NCBI GenBank assembly: GCA_963700815.1
Contig: CAVOZM010000019.1
Location: 38,840-102,839 of the forward strand
Length of the DNA: 64,000 bases
Source of the DNA: Pirellulaceae bacterium
GTDB lineage: Bacteria; Planctomycetota; Planctomycetia; Pirellulales; Pirellulaceae
Reading direction: 5' to 3'
This document shows positions 32,186-42,948 of this stretch, piece by piece; position 1 is the first letter of the stretch; each line of letters starts with the position of its first letter. The notes below the pieces were generated by a model. That model saw only the letters and a program-made list of their open reading frames with translations. It was not told where the DNA came from and searched no databases. A program made the translations under genes and the position numbers.

Positions 32186-33169
32186 TCAGCTCAATTCGCG
32201 TTTGGACAGCTCCGGAAAGACTTTGGCGATCTTGCCTTTCAAGTATTCGCCGTAGGTCCCACTCAGTTCCTCAAGATTCGCGCCATCCCAACGTGCGTCT
32301 GGAAGCTTGGTCTGAGTTGTGGATGACAGAATCGGTTTGATTTCCGCGTTCCAGCCCGGATCAAAGAAAAACGGAAACGAATATCTCCCCTGTTTTCCTC
32401 GATTGCGAACTCGATGAGGCGTTGATCGGTACAAGCCGCCGGTCATGCGGTCCAGCACATCGCCGATGTTGCAAACGAAACTGTTTTCGATTGGGGGCGC
32501 TTCGACCCACTGGCCTTGCGACTTCACCTGCAGCCCACCGGTCTGGTCTTGCTTTAGGATGGTCAGCAGCCCGTAATCGGTATGCTCGCCGACACTCCAC
32601 AGGTTGGCAGTTGTCTCCGACAATGGCGGGTAGTGGAAGATGCGGAACAGCAGGATCGGGTCCGCGGTTAGATCTGCGCAAAAGAAATCATCTTTCAGTC
32701 CCAGGCTGATCGCGATTCCCCGCATCAACGCCTGTCCCAATTCCGTCAATTGATCCACGTACTCAAGGACGGTGTCACGGAAATCATCAATCTCTGGAAA
32801 CAGATTGGGTCCGTGCAGCGGCACCTGGGCTTGCACCATCGGATGATCGCCAGGTAGTTCACTGCCGAAATATATACCTTCCTTTTGATCCGGTTTCCCA
32901 GAGGTCAGTTCATCTCCGACCGGAAAGTAACCTCGCCAAGCCGAACCTCCTAACTCCATGCGAATGCGGAGTTTGGTTTCGATGTCTTGAGAAAAGAACT
33001 TTCGACTCACGGTCTCCAAACGATCGAACAAAGACTCAGGGACACCATGCCCGACGATGTAGAAAAAGCCGCGATCACAACAGGCCGCTCGAATTTGAGC
33101 AGCCACGCGATTTGAATCGGCATCGCAACCGACCAGCGCAGAGATATCGATGATCGGGATCTGGTCCAT
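32186..33169 (-). CDS. 2-oxoglutarate/Fe(II) dioxygenase (isopenicillin N synthase family)
   Basis: IPIIDIS, GFFYIVGHG, HTDYG, STPHRV, RYSFPFF. Confidence 0.92.
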   Translation of the reverse strand: MDQIPIIDISALVGCDADSNRVAAQIRAACCDRGFFYIVGHGVPESLFDRLETVSRKFFSQDIETKLRIRMELGGSAWRGYFPVGDELTSGKPDQKEGIYFGSELPGDHPMVQAQVPLHGPNLFPEIDDFRDTVLEYVDQLTELGQALMRGIAISLGLKDDFFCADLTADPILLFRIFHYPPLSETTANLWSVGEHTDYGLLTILKQDQTGGLQVKSQGQWVEAPPIENSFVCNIGDVLDRMTGGLYRSTPHRVRNRGKQGRYSFPFFFDPGWNAEIKPILSSTTQTKLPDARWDGANLEELSGTYGEYLKGKIAKVFPELSKRELS

Positions 33170-33190
33170 CGTGCCGAGATTGGTAACGTG

Positions 33191-34495
33191 CTACGAAAAC
33201 AATTCATGGATGACGGTGCCATCGCGGACCAACGTGATCGGTCGGCCCGTATTGCTGTCGTATTCCAGGCCCGGGTCAATCCCCAAGTTGTGATAGAAGC
33301 TGGCTGCGACATCATCCGGCGAGATACCTTCGTGACGTGGTCCGGCCGCCGTATCGTCGCTTTCGCCAATCACCCGGCCACCGCGCACGCCACCTCCCGC
33401 CATCAGCATGAACATGCAGCGTGGGTAGTGATCACGACCGCCTTCGGCACTGCGATCATTGATCTTTGGCGTTCTACCAAACTCACCGGTAACCAACACC
33501 GCAGTTGACTCTAGCAGCCCGCGTTGTTCCAAGCCGGTCAATAGGCCGCTCAATCCAGCATCCAGCTTGGGCAGGTTCTCTGTTTTCAGCTTCGTGAAAT
33601 TATCAGCATGTGTGTCCCAGCCACCCAACTGAACACTGGCGAATCGGATGCCAGATTCAACCAACCGCAGCGCTAACAGGCAACTTTGACCAAATGAGTC
33701 TTCACCAAAAAGTTCGACGAAACTCTTGTCCTCTTTCCCTATATCAAATGCCTCGCGGGCGCGGGGCGACGTGATGATGGTATGAGCCTGCTGGCCGAAT
33801 TGATCCAAGCCTTCCAGTAACTGATCGGTCTTTTCCAGGTCGGCAAATCGACGATCCAGCTTCTTTAACAAGCCTTGGCGACGTGCGACCTCGTCGACTC
33901 CAATTCCGTCGGCCAACGAGATACCGCGAACGGAGTAAGGCTGTCCAAATTGTGGTGTTGAATTTGTTTCCATCGCAGCGTAACGAATTCCCAGAAATCC
34001 AGCGCCTTGGCTGCTGCGTGGAATCGCCACATTGCTCGGGATATCTTGAGCGGTTGGACGTTCTTTCGACAACACGCTGCCGTAACTTGGGTACTGCAAA
34101 GCGGGAATTGGTTTGCTGCCGGTATTGATGTATTCACGACCCAAACGATGAGCGGCTAACGTATGACTGACGCCGCGCAAAATCGCGAACTTGTCAGCCA
34201 CCCTGGCTAGTTTTGGTAGATGCTCCGAAATTTGGATTCCCGGCACATTGGTGGCGATCGGATTGAATGATCCGCGGATCTCATTGGGCGCATCAGGTTT
34301 CAAGTCGAATGTGTCAAGATGCGAGGGACCGCCGGGGAGTTCGATGAAGATCGCTCGCTCCGCCTTTCCGTTTTTCAGTTCGCCGGCATTGGCTAGTCTG
34401 GTGTACTGCGCCAAGGTCAATCCGCCCAGGGAAAGTACTCCCGCCCGAAGCATATCGCGACGCTGCATTCCGTCACATGTACGATTGATGGTCAT
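33191..34495 (-). CDS. DUF1501 domain protein (Tat-exported)
   Basis: RRDMLRAG, GGPSHLDTFDLKP, GGWDTH, GEFGRTP, GGRDH. Confidence 0.93.
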   Translation of the reverse strand: MTINRTCDGMQRRDMLRAGVLSLGGLTLAQYTRLANAGELKNGKAERAIFIELPGGPSHLDTFDLKPDAPNEIRGSFNPIATNVPGIQISEHLPKLARVADKFAILRGVSHTLAAHRLGREYINTGSKPIPALQYPSYGSVLSKERPTAQDIPSNVAIPRSSQGAGFLGIRYAAMETNSTPQFGQPYSVRGISLADGIGVDEVARRQGLLKKLDRRFADLEKTDQLLEGLDQFGQQAHTIITSPRAREAFDIGKEDKSFVELFGEDSFGQSCLLALRLVESGIRFASVQLGGWDTHADNFTKLKTENLPKLDAGLSGLLTGLEQRGLLESTAVLVTGEFGRTPKINDRSAEGGRDHYPRCMFMLMAGGGVRGGRVIGESDDTAAGPRHEGISPDDVAASFYHNLGIDPGLEYDSNTGRPITLVRDGTVIHELFS

Positions 34496-34504
34496 TCTTG
34501 AACT

Positions 34505-37301
34505 CTAGTGTGTGATGATAAATTCTTTGGTGTTGATCAGAGCCCACATCAAGGATTCAATACCATCGGCAGGCGTTTTAGATTCGTTGATGTAGGAAAT
34601 AGCAATATCTGATTCTTGCGAGTCAGGATATCGGCTGAGTGTTCGCAGGTAGGCTTCCTTGACAATGTTCTCCATCGCCTCAGTCGAACTCGATCCCTGT
34701 GCTGGTGCCGTCTTGGTTTCGGCTTTCGTTAAGCCCCAAGCTTTTTCGTTCGCGATCAATTGATCCAGATCCGGAACTTGGTAGCCGAGCAGTTTCATGT
34801 TTTCGGCGATGCGTCGATGGTTCTGCCTCAACTCCGGCATTTGCTTCTGTTGACGGTCCTCCGGTAATTCTTTGAATCGCTCGATCCTCGTCAGGAACCG
34901 TGTTCTTGATCGCCCTGGCTTGCTTCGCGGTTTTGTCTTTCCGAATATCATTTTGTCCATTTGGTCCCTCGGCACCGACTTGACGACATGCTTCGGCGAC
35001 CCATCCATTTCGGTCGGTCAGTTGAGCATGCACATCCGAATCGTTGCGCAGGTAGATCGATTGCAATAAACTTGGGCTGTCACTGCGATCACAGTCGCAA
35101 TTGGATTCGCGGATCGATGTGCCGAACACGGTTAAGGCAAAATCAGGTTTTTTGGCATCGCGAGTTTTGCCGTTATTGATCGCCATTGAGTCAAGTGTGC
35201 CATGCAGCGCAGCGGCTCGAGAATTTGATGCGGTCGCCAATACGGTTGCATCGTAAAGGACCTCGGCTGGCAGGCGGCGCGGCACATGTCGTGAGAAATT
35301 GGTTCGATCCAACTCGTTTGTCGAGTTGGTTTCAGCGCTTCGCTGGTAGGTTTCGCTGGCGACGATTGTGCGATGCAACCATTTCAAATCGTAGCCATTG
35401 CGTATGAACTCCGAGGCCAGATGGTCCAGTAACGCAGCGTTGCTTGGTGGGTTTGCTAGATTCATGTCGTCGGTCGGGTCAACGATTCCGACACCAAAAT
35501 AATTGCTCCAAACACGATTCACGATCGCCTGTGCGAAGTAAGGGTTGTCCGTAGAACGGAGCCAGTCCATCAGAGCAGGGCGGGTATCGTTATCGAGTGA
35601 AACCTTGGTCAGTTCGCCGAGGATTTTTCCCGAAGGAATTCGCATCGGTACATCGCGACCTTTCTTTTTCGCTTCACGTCGCGCATGCGCGGTGATTGCT
35701 TGGGTGTTTACCAGCAGTTCAGAAAAAGGAACAACGGCCCCTTTTTTGGCGGCTTCGTAAATTTGTTTCCTTAGTTTTCCGCCTTTCAACTCTTCGCCGT
35801 CGGTGATCGTGCTGATCATTTCTTCGCGATCTCCTTTGGCATCTGGACTGACCGTGTTTGCGTTGGCTCGGATGGGTGAAAAGAGTCTGGCGAAACTCTC
35901 GAAATCCTCTTTGGACCACTTGTCGAACGGATGCTTGTGACACTGGGCACATTCGATTCGGACACCCAGGAAGGTGTAAGCGAATCCAATCGCACGATCT
36001 TCTGGCTTCTGGAAATCCCTGCGGTTCCAATACAGTGGCATTCCGTCGCGGGCAGCAAACATTTCCTCGTTCCCTGGTTTGCATGCCAGTGTCATTGCTT
36101 CGCAGTATTCCAAATAGCTCTCGTCCCCCTGCCGACTGTGTGCAGTTACGATTCCCTGGACGATCTCATCATAAGGCATGTTGTTGGCGATCCGCGTGCG
36201 AAGCCATTCGTACCACAGTCGACTGGCGACATTGCGAATGGGCAACGCGTTGTTTAACTGTTCCTCATTATTTCCCGTCCAGTCGGAGAACCGAGTTGCC
36301 CACCAGGCGGCATAGCCGGGCGACTGAAGCAATTCATCAATCAAATGAAGTCGTTTGTCTGGCGACTGATCGGCCAAGAATTCTCGCACTCTCTGGCTGG
36401 TTGGAAGCGTACCGGCGATGTCAAGCGAAACGCGTCGAACAAAATCGGCGTCCGTACATTGACCTGATGGAATGATGCCCAGCTTGTTCAGCTTTGTCTG
36501 GATGATTTGGTCGATAGGATCATCAGAGGTGGATTTTGTCAGAGAACCACTGTTTTCGAATGGCCGAATGACTTGGACTGGCACGACAGCATTGTCATAG
36601 GAGACAACGACATGCGTGTCACCACACAGGGCCGCGCTCACGCTACCCTGTTCGTCGATTGTCGCGATCGCGTCATTGTTGGTATGGTATCGGCACAACT
36701 CGGTGACATCTTCTTTCGTGCCATCTTCCCAATGCGCGATTACTGAAAGACGAACCTGATCGTCCGCTTTGTCAAAATTGATTTCGCTGGGCGTGACTTC
36801 CAACTGCTGTAAAGTCTGCAATTGATTCGGTCGAAAGTCAGCACCGGCAGCGATCCAGCGGCTTAGAACATGGTATTGCCAGGAACCTATATCGAATCGT
36901 TTACCACCTTCGTGTGAATCGGCGTCGGTCGGTTTGGATAGGACCAGACTTTCGTCGACGTCCACTAGATCGACACGTCCACTCGCCTCATCCAATAAAG
37001 CTTGATGGTCTGCTTTGAAATCGTAGCCGAATAGAGACAGTTGGAATCCTCCACGACCCTGAAAGGAACCATGACACGCGCGCCCGTTGCAACCCAGTCT
37101 TCCCAATAACGGGACGACGTGCTTTTGAAAGTCGGGAACCTCTTCGACATCAGACGCCGCATAACGCTGACTCAGCGGAACGATGGGTTCGGCGCCATGC
37201 ACATTCACTGCAACAGCAGCACACAGAGCGACCGCAGCGACAGCCAGGAATCGAGGCTTTGAGATGAATCGCGACATACGTATCAGATGCCTATCAAGCA
37301 A
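34505..37301 (-). CDS. DUF1549/DUF1553 domain protein (frameshift near 34900)
   Basis: GCNGRACHG, FVRRVSLDIAG, CAQCHKHPFDKW, NPYFAQAIVNRVW, C-terminal LMWALINTKEF in the second frame; partner of DUF1501. Confidence 0.9.
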
Positions 37302-37311
37302 TGGAGCCCAT

Positions 37312-37362
37312 GGCCGAGGGAAGCAGGGCAGGGCAGGAAGGGAGGTAACGGGCCGGCAGGCG
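37312..37362 (-). promoter_or_regulatory. C-rich pyrimidine leader (CCCUG repeats, CCUCCCU) upstream of the DUF1549 gene
   Basis: Minus strand reads CCTGCCGGCCCGTTACCTCCCTTCCTGCCCTGCCCTGCTTCCCTCGGCC; no SD motif evident. Confidence 0.4.
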
Positions 37363-37597
37363 ACAAATTAGATGGAACCGGGGTCTCGGCAAATCCGAGT
37401 TTCGACCCCGCATCTGATTTGGACTGCGATATCAGCTAGTGTACAGCGAGGTGGCTGAGTTCGCATCAGATTGTCCCGAATTCAAGCTGCAATTCGAAGG
37501 GTGGGTTGATCGAAACGTTCGTTTGCTGTCTGTTTTCCCGAATGTTTCGCCGTTTCGCTGTGCGGGCGGACTCGTGTGGCCACGTACTAGATTGAAT

Positions 37598-38670
37598 ATG
37601 ACGGATAACCAGAAAGACATTTGGATTGGCTTTGACCTCGGCGGCACAAAAATGCTGGCGGTTGCCTATGGCCCAGACTGGAAGGAGATCGGCCGAAAGC
37701 GACGTAAGACGCGTGGCGGCGATAAGGGGGATAGTGGGGTCGATCGAATTGGGGCAACCATCGATCGGCTGTTGGAAGATTGCAAATTGACGAAGGATCG
37801 AATCGCGGGAATTGGGATCGGCTGTCCCGGTCCGATCGACTTGGATAAGGGTCGCGTCACGCTGGCACCCAACCTTGGCTGGGATGATGTCGATATCGCC
37901 GACCTGCTGAAGAAAAGATTTAGCTGTCCGGCGATTGTCATCAATGACGTCGATGCAGGTGTGTTCGGCGAATACAAGTTCGGAGCGGCCAAGGGTTCGC
38001 GTTGTGCCGTTGGCATCTTTCCCGGTACAGGCGTTGGCGGCGGATGTGTTTACCAGGGTCGGATTTTCGTGGGTGCTGGAATTAGCTGCATGGAGATCGG
38101 GCACACCCGGATCAGTGGCGGGACGCGAACGTCAGGCCTGAAGTTGACCGGAACTTTGGAAGCCGAAGCGAGCCGGTTGTCAATTGCAGCCGAAGCATGC
38201 AAGGTGGCCTATCGTGGCGATGCGCCGTTTTTGTTGAAGAAGGCGGGGACCGACCTTGCTGAGATTCGTAGTGGCGCGCTCGCTGAATCGATCAAAAATG
38301 GTGACAAAGCAATCGAACAACTCGTCGTGTCGGCCTCCGAGGCGATTGGAATGGCCGTCGTCAACGTCGTCCATATGCTGGCACCCGATAAAATCGTCCT
38401 GGGGGGTGGTCTGGTCGAAGCGATGGAAGAACTGATCGTTGGAACCGTTACTAGAACAGCACGCAAGCATGTGATGAGTGCCTATGTGGATCGCTTCGAA
38501 GTCGTTGCCGCAAAGTTGGGTGATGATTCCGGAGTCTTGGGCGCGGCCGCCTGGGCCAAACAGGAGGTCGACGCAAAAGCCGAAACGAGTTTGCAAGCGA
38601 AATCGAACAAATCGAAACGAAATCTGCAGCGAAACCGGACACGAAATCCGAAGCCAAGCCTGACGCGTAA
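37598..38670 (+). CDS. ROK family sugar kinase (glucokinase-like); probable frameshift near 38610
   Basis: IGFDLGGTK, IGIGCPGP, NDVDAG, GTGVGGG, EIGH, VLGGG; alternative-frame tail ETKSAAKPDTKSEAKPDA* ends at 38670. Confidence 0.88.
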
Positions 38671-38815
38671 CGATGCCATCGCCATAACCTCTCGATTGGC
38701 GGCGTATCAAGAATTGCGAACAGTAGAATCGGCTGCCCGCCTGTTTGCGACCGAATCGCTGCCAGGGAGCTTGCGACCGAATCGTCACTCCGCCAACCTT
38801 TTATCCAACGGCAAA

Positions 38816-40300
38816 TCAGGGCGTATCCAGTGGCACCAATGGAAACACTTTTGACGGTGTTCTCACTTCCGTCATCATGTTTGCCAGTTTCGCAACGATC
38901 TCTGGATGCTCGGCCGCCGCATCGTTCTGCTCACCGATGTCTTCAGCGATGTTGTACAGTTCGATTTCCAGATTGCCTTTGTTCATGTTCTGACGCACGG
39001 CCTTCCAATCGCCAACTCGAATCGTTTGTTGTCCGCCGTAGCTGGGGAATTCACGATACAGATAGGGCCGTTCGGGTTGGTCGCGCCCCAATAGCGTCGG
39101 CAGCAACGAGATTCCGTCCGTCTGGGCCGGAACGGTCTCCAGCTTGCCGATCGCTTCCATCAACGTCGGCATCCAGTCTTCGAACCCGCTGATCCGATCG
39201 CTGCTTGAACCGGCGGCGACCTTTCCAGGCCAACGAACGATGGTTGGGACTCGAACGCCCCCTTCGTATAGCGAACCCTTGAGTCCGCGTAACTCTCCGA
39301 CGCTGCGAAAGAACCGATAGTCAACTTCATCGCCCAAATGAGTCGTTCCGTTATCGCTGCTGAATACGACCAACGTGTTGGCGCTCAATTCCAGTTCATC
39401 CAGCAAACGCAATACGTTGCCAATGTATCGATCCAGTCGGGTGATCATCGCTGCGTAAGCGGCTCGGGGCGTGAAGTGTGGCGTGTATCCGCCACCCTTG
39501 CGAGTGAATGGCGGATCCTTCCAGCCCAGATCTGTGTATGGCTTCAGTTCCTGGTCGGGGACATGCAACGCAACGTGAGGAATGACTGTCGGATAGTACA
39601 GAAAGAATGGTCGATGCTTATTCTCACGCACAAATTCCAATGCGGCGGCATTGATACGATCGGGCGCATAGTCTTGACCCTTGAACTCATCGTAGCTGCG
39701 CGGATCGGATGGGTCGGCGTCTTTCCTTAGCGATGCATGCCCGGGAATCGGCGGATCATTGTTCAGCGTTATTCTTTGGTCATTGCTCCACAGGTAAGAC
39801 GGATAGTAGCTATGCGCGTGAGCTTGGCAGTTGTATCCGAAGAAACGATCAACCCCTTGTCGTAACGGTTGACCATCGGAGTCTGGTCCACCGAGCCCCC
39901 ATTTTCCGAATGCACCCGTCACGTACCCTTGGTCCCTTAACAGTTCCGCAATCGTGACTTCGCTATCGGGAATCGGATACTGGCCCTCGGGTGGAGTCGA
40001 CAGGTTGCTCCGCACGACGGCATGTCCAGGATGTTTGCCGGTCATCAGCACACACCGCGATGGTGCGCAGACGGCGTTGCCGCTGTAGTGCTGCGTCAGC
40101 CGCATCCCCTGCCGCGCCAATTCATCCAGATTGGGCGTGCGGATCAATTGCTGTCCAAACGAACCTAGTTCGCGGTAGCCCAGATCATCGGCCAAGATGA
40201 ACACGATATTCGGCTTTGGCTGAGCGGATGCGGTCTGTCCGAATCCAAGAGTAAGGAACAGCAAAGCGAGAGATGGGATCGAACCAGAATTCGTCAGCAT
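38816..40300 (-). CDS. Arylsulfatase (formylglycine-dependent, Cys-type)
   Basis: PNIVFILADDLG, CAPSRCVLMTG, GKWGLG, SSDNG, KGSLYEGGVRVP. Confidence 0.95.
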   Translation of the reverse strand: MLTNSGSIPSLALLFLTLGFGQTASAQPKPNIVFILADDLGYRELGSFGQQLIRTPNLDELARQGMRLTQHYSGNAVCAPSRCVLMTGKHPGHAVVRSNLSTPPEGQYPIPDSEVTIAELLRDQGYVTGAFGKWGLGGPDSDGQPLRQGVDRFFGYNCQAHAHSYYPSYLWSNDQRITLNNDPPIPGHASLRKDADPSDPRSYDEFKGQDYAPDRINAAALEFVRENKHRPFFLYYPTVIPHVALHVPDQELKPYTDLGWKDPPFTRKGGGYTPHFTPRAAYAAMITRLDRYIGNVLRLLDELELSANTLVVFSSDNGTTHLGDEVDYRFFRSVGELRGLKGSLYEGGVRVPTIVRWPGKVAAGSSSDRISGFEDWMPTLMEAIGKLETVPAQTDGISLLPTLLGRDQPERPYLYREFPSYGGQQTIRVGDWKAVRQNMNKGNLEIELYNIAEDIGEQNDAAAEHPEIVAKLANMMTEVRTPSKVFPLVPLDTP

Positions 40301-40421
40301 GGCAGAGATTTGGGACTGAGCTAAGAAACGGTCGGCGAATCACGGACGTCGTGCGGGCTGCCAGCCTGCGGTCATTTGCTACGAGTAAGCAACAGACTGG
40401 TCGGTCGACCGCCGATTCAAT

Positions 40422-40444
40422 GTAGCGATCACGCTCCGCGTGAT
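40422..40444 (+). repeat. GTAG-type REP element
   Basis: GTAG-CG-ATCACGC-tcc-GCGTGAT. Confidence 0.6.
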
Positions 40445-40546
40445 GAATGCCATGCCTGGATTTGGGTAACCGAAACGGCGCCAGTGATTCGAACGAATTG
40501 AACCGTCAATGTCTTCGATCGACGGTTTTCTGATAGAAAACGACTC

Positions 40547-42948
40547 ATGCCGGGCTACGTCACGGCGGAGCTTGACGGCTACGTTGGTGTATCCTGTGGT
40601 TCAACGCGTTTCTTTCTCTATCGGAATCACGGTTTGTTCGGACGCTTGCTCTCTTTGATCGCCTGGTTGCTCCTTGCACCAACCGTCGTCGCCGCGCCTC
40701 CTTTTGTTGCCGGCTTCGACCGCTTTGGCCAAGATCGGGAAAGCCAGATCGGTAGGCTGCTATTGACGGAACTGAGCTGTACCGCTTGCCATGTCGATCG
40801 CGACCGGGCGCTCCAGCCCAAACGGGGACCGGCGCTCGATGGTGCCGCTGTTCGTCTGCAGCCAAAGTGGATCCGTCAATTCTTGATGTCGCCTCAGCAG
40901 ACCAAGCCGGGCACGACCATGCCTGACATGTTCGCGGACTGGGACGCAGTCGAAAAACAAAAAGCAATCGATGCGCGTAACGGCATTCTTGGCAACCCAA
41001 CAAAAGCCGATGCCGACTTTGGATTCGACCGCTGTCCGTCCAGTCGCCGTACGATTTTGGTCAAAGGGAGATGCGTCGCGCGGCAAAGAACTCTATCACC
41101 GTGTCGGTTGTGTTGCCTGTCACGCCCCCGATGCCGAGCATCAGCCCGTGCATCAACCAGACGATCGCAAGCAACCACTGCTGGACGATGAAGAATTGGA
41201 GGAGCTTGGCTTGACCCAATCGGCCGAGCTGCTGCGATCGGTGCCGCATCCTGATCTACCCAGCCAAATACAATGCACAATCATTGACTCTGTTTCTGTT
41301 TGATCCGCTGGCGACTCGCCCCAGCGGACGGATGCCAAACTTGAAGCTAACCCCCGACGAGGCAGCTGATATCGCTGCCTACCTGTTTGGCGACAGGGCG
41401 GATCAACAACGACCGGGCCCTCTTCAACCGAATCCCGAACTGGTCGAGATGGGGAAGCATCTGTTTGCCGATCTGGGATGCGTGAATTGTCACGCAGTCA
41501 ACGGAGTGTCCACGGTTCGCTCGGTAATCAGTCTGGTCGATCTAGACGGCGAATCAACGAACGGCTGCATGGATGCATCACGTCGTGGACTGCCACACTA
41601 CGCGATCGATGATGAACAGCGAACATCACTGCGCCATGCGATTCGCAATCACAGGCAGATCGAATCGGTCGAACTTCGCATGCTGCAATTCAATTGTTAT
41701 GCGTGTCACGAGCGGGGTGAACAAGGTGGCGTCGGGCCGCAGCGCCGCAACCATTTTGAAACCGTCGGCCATGTTGACCTGGGAGACGAAGGGCGACTTC
41801 CGCCGGGACTTGACGGAGTCGGCGGGAAACTGACGATCGATTGGATGAACCAGATCTTTGCCGGCAAGGGAGATATTCGCCCGCACATGACGATCAGAAT
41901 GCCGATCTTTGGGGAATCGTCCAGCACGCTCGCGGCTGAATTTGCTGCCGAGGACGGAGGCGAATCGAAACCGGATCCGGTTCTTGACGCACGGCCATCC
42001 GCGGAGGCGGGTCGGCAACTGTTGGACCTTGGCTGCGTCCAATGTCATCCGATTCGCGGCGAACATTTGCCCGGAGTGGTTGGAGTCGATTTGGCGGATA
42101 TCGATCGCCGTCTACGTCCGGACTGGTTCCGAGCATTCATGCTTGATCCGGCGAGTCTAAAGAACCGAACTCGTATGCCTTCGTTCTTTCGCGATGGAAA
42201 GAGTTCTAGCCCAGAGTTGCTGGACGGCAACGTCGACCAACAGATCGCATCGCTGTGGGCGTACTTGAAGGATGCCGACAAACATCCGTTACCCGAGAAG
42301 ATAGGGCAGAGCAGGGCGGCGAATTTTGAATTGATTCCAACAAGCAGACCGATCGTGCTGCGAACATTCATGCAGCGCACCGGGCCGCATGCCATCGCGG
42401 TCGGATTTCCAGACAAAGTTAATCTGGCATTCGACGCCGAAACGGTGCGGATCGCGCAGTTTTGGCGAGGCCGGTTTCTGGATGCGCATGGAACCTGGTT
42501 CGACCGGTTCACGCCGCTGGCGATTCCGCTAGGCGATGAACTGATCGATCTATCGGATCAGACCAATCATTCCAATCGGTCTGATCGCAAGTTTGACGGT
42601 TACCGATTGGACGCCGAAGGAGTCCCAACGTTCTTGTACCGGATCAACAACGTCCATGTCGAAGATTGTTTTAAGCCAACGAACGGCAAAGCGTTCACGC
42701 GAAATGTAAAATTCTCCAGCCCACCGAATCCGGCATTGTCAACAAAGGTCTGGTTCGAATTGATCTCAGGTACCAAACTGACGCGGCATCGTGACACCGA
42801 ATATGCCAATGAACGCGGGCTGATAGTTTCACTGAAATCAACCGTGACTATGGAAACGAAAGTCGAGAAACAGGATGCGTTTTTCCGCTGGCTTGTTCCA
42901 ATCGAAGGCCAGCAAGAAACCGCGATCGAGGTAACGTACCAATGGTGA
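40547..42948 (+). CDS. Multi-heme c-type cytochrome (five CxxCH; frameshifts near 40975 and 41275; start uncertain)
   Basis: CTACH, CVACH, CVNCH, CYACH, CVQCH; the first, second, fourth and fifth are followed by MP distal-ligand motifs; three overlapping ORFs. Confidence 0.8.

Noticed and set aside
37370-37425. Riboswitch in the hairpin AGATG-CGGGGTC...GACCCCG-CATCT
   Set aside because: Single stem with no recognisable aptamer consensus
38600-38854. Real C-terminal extension of the ROK kinase overlapping the sulfatase
   Set aside because: An alternative frame gives a plausible short tail ending at 38670, so the extension is probably frameshift read-through
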